NCBI GenBank assembly: GCA_964599455.1
Contig: CAZREA010000001.1
Span: 71,687-135,686, forward strand
Length of the DNA: 64,000 nt
Reading direction: 5' to 3'
From: an uncultured Gammaproteobacteria bacterium
Lineage (GTDB): Bacteria > Patescibacteriota > Patescibacteriia > UBA9934
The first letter of the stretch is position 1. Every line of letters starts with the position of its first letter. The notes under the pieces are model-generated. The model made no database searches. It saw nothing but the letters and a program-made list of their open reading frames with translations, and had not been told where the DNA came from. A program made the translations under genes and the position numbers. Positions 59,923 to 64,000 of this stretch are shown here, piece by piece.

Positions 59923-61242
59923 GTGAGTGCGGGAAAATTTCTGCATATGAAAACCCAATCAACAGCCAAGCTCACATGGCGAACCGAGAAGCGGCGCGTC
60001 ACGGATCTCGTGCCAAACGACAAGAACCCTCGGGTCATGAGCCCGAAGCAGGTCGAGGATCTCACGAATAGCCTCAAGAAATTCAATCTCGTTGAAATCC
60101 CCGTCATCGACGCGGACGACAAGGTGCTCGCAGGCCATCAACGCCTGGCCGTACTGAAACTCCTTGGACGTGAGGACGAGGAAATCGAAGTGCGTGTACC
60201 GAATCGCAAGCTCACACAATCTGAATACGACCAATACCTTCTCACGAGCAATCGCGTCCACGGTGATTGGGATTGGTCAAAGCTCGCGGAAGGATTCGAT
60301 ATCGATCTGCTGCTCGACGTCGGGTTCGACAGCGAAGACATCGCTAATATCTGGGATGAGACGCTTGAGACGGAAGACGATGAGTTCGATGTGGCGAAGG
60401 AAATCGCCGCAATTAAGAAGCCCGTAACTAAACCGGGAACGCTTTACGCGCTTGGCTCACATCGTCTGCTCTGCGGAGACTCAACCAAGACCGAGGAAGT
60501 GAGGCTGCTCGTTAGCAAACGTGAAGTGGGCTTTATCGCTTGCGATCCCCCGTACAACATCGGGCTCTCTTACGACAAAGGCGTCGGCACTGCTGGGAAG
60601 TACGGAGGACACAAGACCAACGACAGCCTGAGCGACAAGGACTATCGCGCATTCATCAGGAAGACGATGGAGAACGCACTCGGCGTCGCAAGGCACGACG
60701 TCCACGCCTTCTATTGGTGCGACGAGTCCTACATCTATCTCATGCAGGAACTGTTCCGCGAATTCGGACTTACGAATCGGCGCGTCTGCATTTGGCTCAA
60801 GGACAACGCAAATCCCACACCGGGCGTTGCTTTCAACAAAGTCAGTGAACCGTGCGTGTACGCAACGCGCGGGAAGCCGTATCTCGCACCCTCCGTTATG
60901 AACCTGAACGAAGTCCTCAATAAAGAAGTTGGTACAGGCAACCAGCTTATCGAGGACGTGCTTGATCTCCTCAACGTATGGCTTGTGAAACGCCTCGCCT
61001 CATCTTCTTACGAACATCCGACGAGCAAGAATCCGACGCTCCACGAAAAGTCATTGCGACGCTGCACTAAGCCAGGTGATTACGTTCTCGACCTATTCGG
61101 TGGAAGCGGTTCGACGCTCATTGCCTGCGAACAGCTCAAACGTCGCGCACTTCTCTGTGAACAGGAGCCGATTTTTTGTGACGTGATCGTAAAGCGATAC
61201 GAAAAACTTACCGGCAAAAAGGCGGAAATCATTAGCTCGTGA
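59923..61242 (+). CDS. ParB-like nuclease domain fused to DNA N6-adenine/N4-cytosine methyltransferase
   Basis: The N-terminal ParB/Srx fold reads EIPVIDADDKVLAGHQRLAVL. In the methyltransferase domain the DPPY motif (IACDPPYNI) precedes the AdoMet motif DLFGGSGST (beta-class order). Confidence 0.8.
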   Translation: MSAGKFLHMKTQSTAKLTWRTEKRRVTDLVPNDKNPRVMSPKQVEDLTNSLKKFNLVEIPVIDADDKVLAGHQRLAVLKLLGREDEEIEVRVPNRKLTQSEYDQYLLTSNRVHGDWDWSKLAEGFDIDLLLDVGFDSEDIANIWDETLETEDDEFDVAKEIAAIKKPVTKPGTLYALGSHRLLCGDSTKTEEVRLLVSKREVGFIACDPPYNIGLSYDKGVGTAGKYGGHKTNDSLSDKDYRAFIRKTMENALGVARHDVHAFYWCDESYIYLMQELFREFGLTNRRVCIWLKDNANPTPGVAFNKVSEPCVYATRGKPYLAPSVMNLNEVLNKEVGTGNQLIEDVLDLLNVWLVKRLASSSYEHPTSKNPTLHEKSLRRCTKPGDYVLDLFGGSGSTLIACEQLKRRALLCEQEPIFCDVIVKRYEKLTGKKAEIISS

Positions 61243-61245
61243 TTT

Positions 61246-61665
61246 ATGTCGGAAGAAAACCGTATCGAAGTCCGGCAAGCCGAGCAAAAAAAGCTACTGA
61301 TTGATCAGCTTAAGAAGACGCCGATCGTGCAGGTCGCCTGCGAGAAGATCGGCGTCGGTCGCGCCACGTTCTACCGGTGGCTTAAGGACGATCCCGATTT
61401 CGGAAAGCTCGCCAACGAATCCATTACCGAAGGTAACGGCCTCATCAGCGACGTGGCCGAAAGCCAACTTGCGAACCTTATCAAGAGCGGAAACCTCGGA
61501 GCTATCTCGTTTTGGCTCAAACATCGCCACCCCGCCTACCGCAACAAGGTGGAAGTACAAGCTAATGTCCGCCATGAAGACACGCCGCTTACCCCCGAAG
61601 AAATGGAGGTCGTTGCTCAGTCGCTACGGCTCGCACTCACAGGTGATGAGAATCAAGAAAATTAA
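61246..61665 (+). CDS. phage terminase small subunit (HTH type)
   Basis: 139 aa. The N-terminal HTH reads VACEKIGVGRATFYRWLKDDPDF. It is immediately upstream of the terminase large subunit. Confidence 0.55.
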   Translation: MSEENRIEVRQAEQKKLLIDQLKKTPIVQVACEKIGVGRATFYRWLKDDPDFGKLANESITEGNGLISDVAESQLANLIKSGNLGAISFWLKHRHPAYRNKVEVQANVRHEDTPLTPEEMEVVAQSLRLALTGDENQEN

Positions 61666-61674
61666 TCCTTACTT

Positions 61675-63204
61675 ATGCAAAGTCAAACAGCTCAACCTAC
61701 CAAAGAGCTCATCGACAGCCTTCTAACGAATCACAAGACCCGCGTTGCGGTCACTCGGGCAAGCCACCTCATGTTTTGTGCAACCTACTTTGCGCATTAC
61801 ACCCAATTTCCATTTGCGGACTTTCACCGGGAGATGTTCGCGCTTAGCGAGCGCGACGACATCCCGCTCTTTATCGTGGAAGCGTTCCGGGGCTCGGGAA
61901 AATCCACCATCATGACGATGTCGCTGCCCATCTGGAGCGTGCTCGGAAAGGATCAGCGGAAGTTCATCATGCTTTTGGGTCAGACGCAGCGACAGGCTAA
62001 ACAGCACTTCATGAACCTCAAGCGCGAACTTGAGACAAATGAACTGCTCCGCAATGACCTGGGACCATTTGAAACTGTTGAGGATGAGTGGGGTTCAAAT
62101 TCAATCGTGCTGACCCGCTACGGCGCGAGGATTACCTGCGCGTCCATGGAACAGCCGATTCGTGGAATGCGTCACGGACGCCATCGTCCCGATCTGGTGA
62201 TCTGTGACGACGTGGAAGACGTATCCTCGGCAAAGACGAAAGAAGGACGCGATAAAGCCTACCAGTGGTTTACGAGCGAGGTGCTCCCCATTGGGGACGA
62301 ACGGACCAAGATCGTTGTGGTGGGAAATCTGGTTCACGAAGATGGACTGCTCTCGCGTTTGGAAAATGCCATTACCAACAAAGAGCGTAAAGGCGTTTTC
62401 AAGAAGTATCCGTTTCTCGACGGCAAGGATAAGCCGCTCTGGAAGAGTCGTTTCCCAACCAAAGAAGACGTGCAGAAGAAAATTGCGTTCGTCGGCGACC
62501 TGATTACCTGGGCGCGCGAATACATGCTCTACATCATCTCGGACGTCGAGCGTGTTATTCATCGCGAATGGCTCCACTATTATGACGAGCTTCCCGGCGT
62601 GAATGGAGACAATTTCAAGTTCGGTGTTATTGGGGTGGATCTCGCCATCTCCCAACGGAGCCGCGCCGACTATACCGCCATCGTTACGGCGATGGTGTAC
62701 AAGAATGGCGACAGCCGAAAGATATATATCTTGCCAAGCCCAATAAACGCGCGTCTGACATTTCCCCGTGCAGTCGAGAAAATCAAGGATACTCACGACG
62801 CGTCGCCACGCCCGAAGAAGACCAAAATCGCTGTTGAATCCGTTGCGTATCAGGCCGCCATGTGGCAGGAACTTAAGCGCCAAGGATACGAAGCCGAGCC
62901 ATACGAGGTACGAGGAAGCGACAAGCGTTCTCGTCTTGCGCTTCTTTCAGAGCCGATTAAGAACGGCACCATTCTTTTCCCGAAGCACGGAGCAAAGGAT
63001 CTTATTAACCAACTCGTAAACTTTGGCGTAGAGCGCCACGACGACCTTGCGGATGCCTTTGCAATCACTGCTTCTTATGGCATGGAGAAGAAGATTAAGA
63101 CATTTGGCGTCTGGGTCATCGACACCAGGCCAGAGCCTCGTTACAGCCTCGGGGACGTGTTCGGTGGCGGATACTGGAATCAGCCCGGAAACTTCCGACG
63201 ATGA
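61675..63204 (+). CDS. phage terminase large subunit
   Basis: Walker A IVEAFRGSGKSTIM, Walker B LVICDDVED, and a C-terminal RNase H-like nuclease region (VIGVDLAISQRSRADYTAIV...DDLADAFAI). Confidence 0.85.
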   Translation: MQSQTAQPTKELIDSLLTNHKTRVAVTRASHLMFCATYFAHYTQFPFADFHREMFALSERDDIPLFIVEAFRGSGKSTIMTMSLPIWSVLGKDQRKFIMLLGQTQRQAKQHFMNLKRELETNELLRNDLGPFETVEDEWGSNSIVLTRYGARITCASMEQPIRGMRHGRHRPDLVICDDVEDVSSAKTKEGRDKAYQWFTSEVLPIGDERTKIVVVGNLVHEDGLLSRLENAITNKERKGVFKKYPFLDGKDKPLWKSRFPTKEDVQKKIAFVGDLITWAREYMLYIISDVERVIHREWLHYYDELPGVNGDNFKFGVIGVDLAISQRSRADYTAIVTAMVYKNGDSRKIYILPSPINARLTFPRAVEKIKDTHDASPRPKKTKIAVESVAYQAAMWQELKRQGYEAEPYEVRGSDKRSRLALLSEPIKNGTILFPKHGAKDLINQLVNFGVERHDDLADAFAITASYGMEKKIKTFGVWVIDTRPEPRYSLGDVFGGGYWNQPGNFRR

Positions 63205-63206
63205 GT

Positions 63207-63986
63207 CTACTTGTCAGCGGCTGTTACGCCCGTGTAATAGCCGCTCTTGTTTATGATCTGCACCGGTTTTACGGAGTAGGTGGTTGCGTTTTCGTCCATA
63301 TTTGCGAGCTTCGCGAGTGACTTCCAGTCGCGTGTCTCTCCAGTTCCACCGTCGCCAAGAGCATCCTCATTTGTGGCGATGAAGAAGCTCGTGACCTGGC
63401 GTGACTTCATGTCGTAGTCGAGCACCAAATCGTATCCGTTAACTTTGAACGAGTTGTCCCAAGTTGTTGTACCCATGGAGATTTGTAGAGCGGTGGGTTC
63501 AGTTTGCTTGCCGTCGGTGGGCGTACCGAGTTCCTTGCGCGCATCTTCAATTGTCAGCGAGAGGATGTGCGGGGCGTCGACGATGGGCGTTACGGTTTCG
63601 TCAGCAACGGAGGCGTCATTCTGCTCACTCATTCCTTCGATGAAACCAACGATTGCACCGACGCTGATAAGAGCAATGAAAATGATTCCGCAGACCTTGA
63701 GCAAAAGCGTCATCTGGCTCGGCTCCTTCGTCGTTCCACTTGGATCGGGATGCTGGCTATCTAGATCGAGGTAAACGGTATAGTCGTTCTTCGCCATGTA
63801 ATACAAGGCGTACGGAATTACGCCGGTAATCAAAGCAAAGAGACAGGAAAAGGACTTCTTGCGAACAAGCTGCGCACTTGATGAATCTTGTAGCGTGACC
63901 GTGTAACCGTGCTCGACCAACTCTTTGATCTGAGCCTTGAGGTTGTTTGGGTGTTTGTTAACGACCCAAGCGGGGTTGTGAGCCAT
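63207..63986 (-). CDS. hypothetical membrane-anchored protein (prophage-borne)
   Basis: 259 aa with two hydrophobic helices (LFALITGVIPYALYY, LLLKVCGIIFIALISVGAIVGFI) and a Thr/Asp-rich extracellular part. Confidence 0.4.
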   Translation of the reverse strand: MAHNPAWVVNKHPNNLKAQIKELVEHGYTVTLQDSSSAQLVRKKSFSCLFALITGVIPYALYYMAKNDYTVYLDLDSQHPDPSGTTKEPSQMTLLLKVCGIIFIALISVGAIVGFIEGMSEQNDASVADETVTPIVDAPHILSLTIEDARKELGTPTDGKQTEPTALQISMGTTTWDNSFKVNGYDLVLDYDMKSRQVTSFFIATNEDALGDGGTGETRDWKSLAKLANMDENATTYSVKPVQIINKSGYYTGVTAADK

Positions 63987-64000
63987 AGGTGAAGCTTTTG

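Larger units (their letters stand above)
49927..64000. mobile_element. phage-derived integrated element (prophage or remnant) abutting tRNA-Asn; extends beyond window
   Basis: The gene content switches abruptly. It includes a recombinase-like pseudogene, an Xis-like HTH gene, a CI/LexA-like repressor with a divergent regulator, a ParB-methylase fusion, terminase small and large subunits, defence cargo and an AT-rich outlier gene, all starting 84 nt after a tRNA. Confidence 0.6.

Overview
This 64-kb window comes from a compact, gene-dense bacterial chromosome. Many genes overlap by 1-20 bp, aminoacyl-tRNA synthetase genes are scattered through it, a full F-type ATP synthase operon is present, and no respiratory-chain genes appear. 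I infer a streamlined, Patescibacteria/CPR-like genome, but this is inference only. Positions 1 to about 49900 are core housekeeping, almost all on the minus strand. In order they are def-fmt and a PriA homolog with ablated ATPase motifs, then ppa, a His-box membrane desaturase-like gene, and clpB preceded by a perfect CIRCE operator. Next come a TagA/WecG glycosyltransferase, gltX, an EnvC-like M23 peptidase, a cupin, bcp, ftsQ-like, alr, serS, a RibL/TagD-like cytidylyltransferase, lysS and greA. These are followed by mrdA-mreD-mreC-mreB and a UvrD-like helicase fused to a Cas4/AddB-like Fe-S nuclease next to a DUF721 (DciA-like) gene. After that sit two large antiporter-like membrane proteins, the complete atpBEFHAGDC operon, tatD, cvpA and metG. 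The block ends with an inserted ORF6N (KilAC) gene, a Nudix gene, rsmI, a peroxiredoxin, pepA, three tandem DUF1292-like acidic paralogs and tRNA-Asn(GUU). A pair of inverted, roughly 90-bp hairpin-forming repeats brackets the pepA/DUF1292 block. From about 49.9 kb to the window end there is a phage-derived integrated element abutting tRNA-Asn. It carries a P-loop kinase, a multiply frameshifted recombinase-like or coiled-coil pseudogene, and an Xis-like HTH gene. A 5-gene operon follows (HTH, ANT-like nucleotidyltransferase, two Nudix hydrolases, Zn-ribbon/GrpB fusion) on a 4.7-kb islet bounded by about 37-bp direct repeats, then an AT-rich outlier gene. Next is an apparent CBASS operon in which a LexA/CI-like S24 repressor is followed by a Cap5-like HNH-SAVED effector and a SMODS/CD-NTase. 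The element ends in the window with a ParB-DNA methyltransferase fusion and terminase small and large subunits. No CRISPR array or rRNA was seen. Coordinates of features I placed by hand (tRNA, repeats, motifs) may be off by 1-2 nt; CDS coordinates follow the supplied ORF track, with start codons revised where noted.
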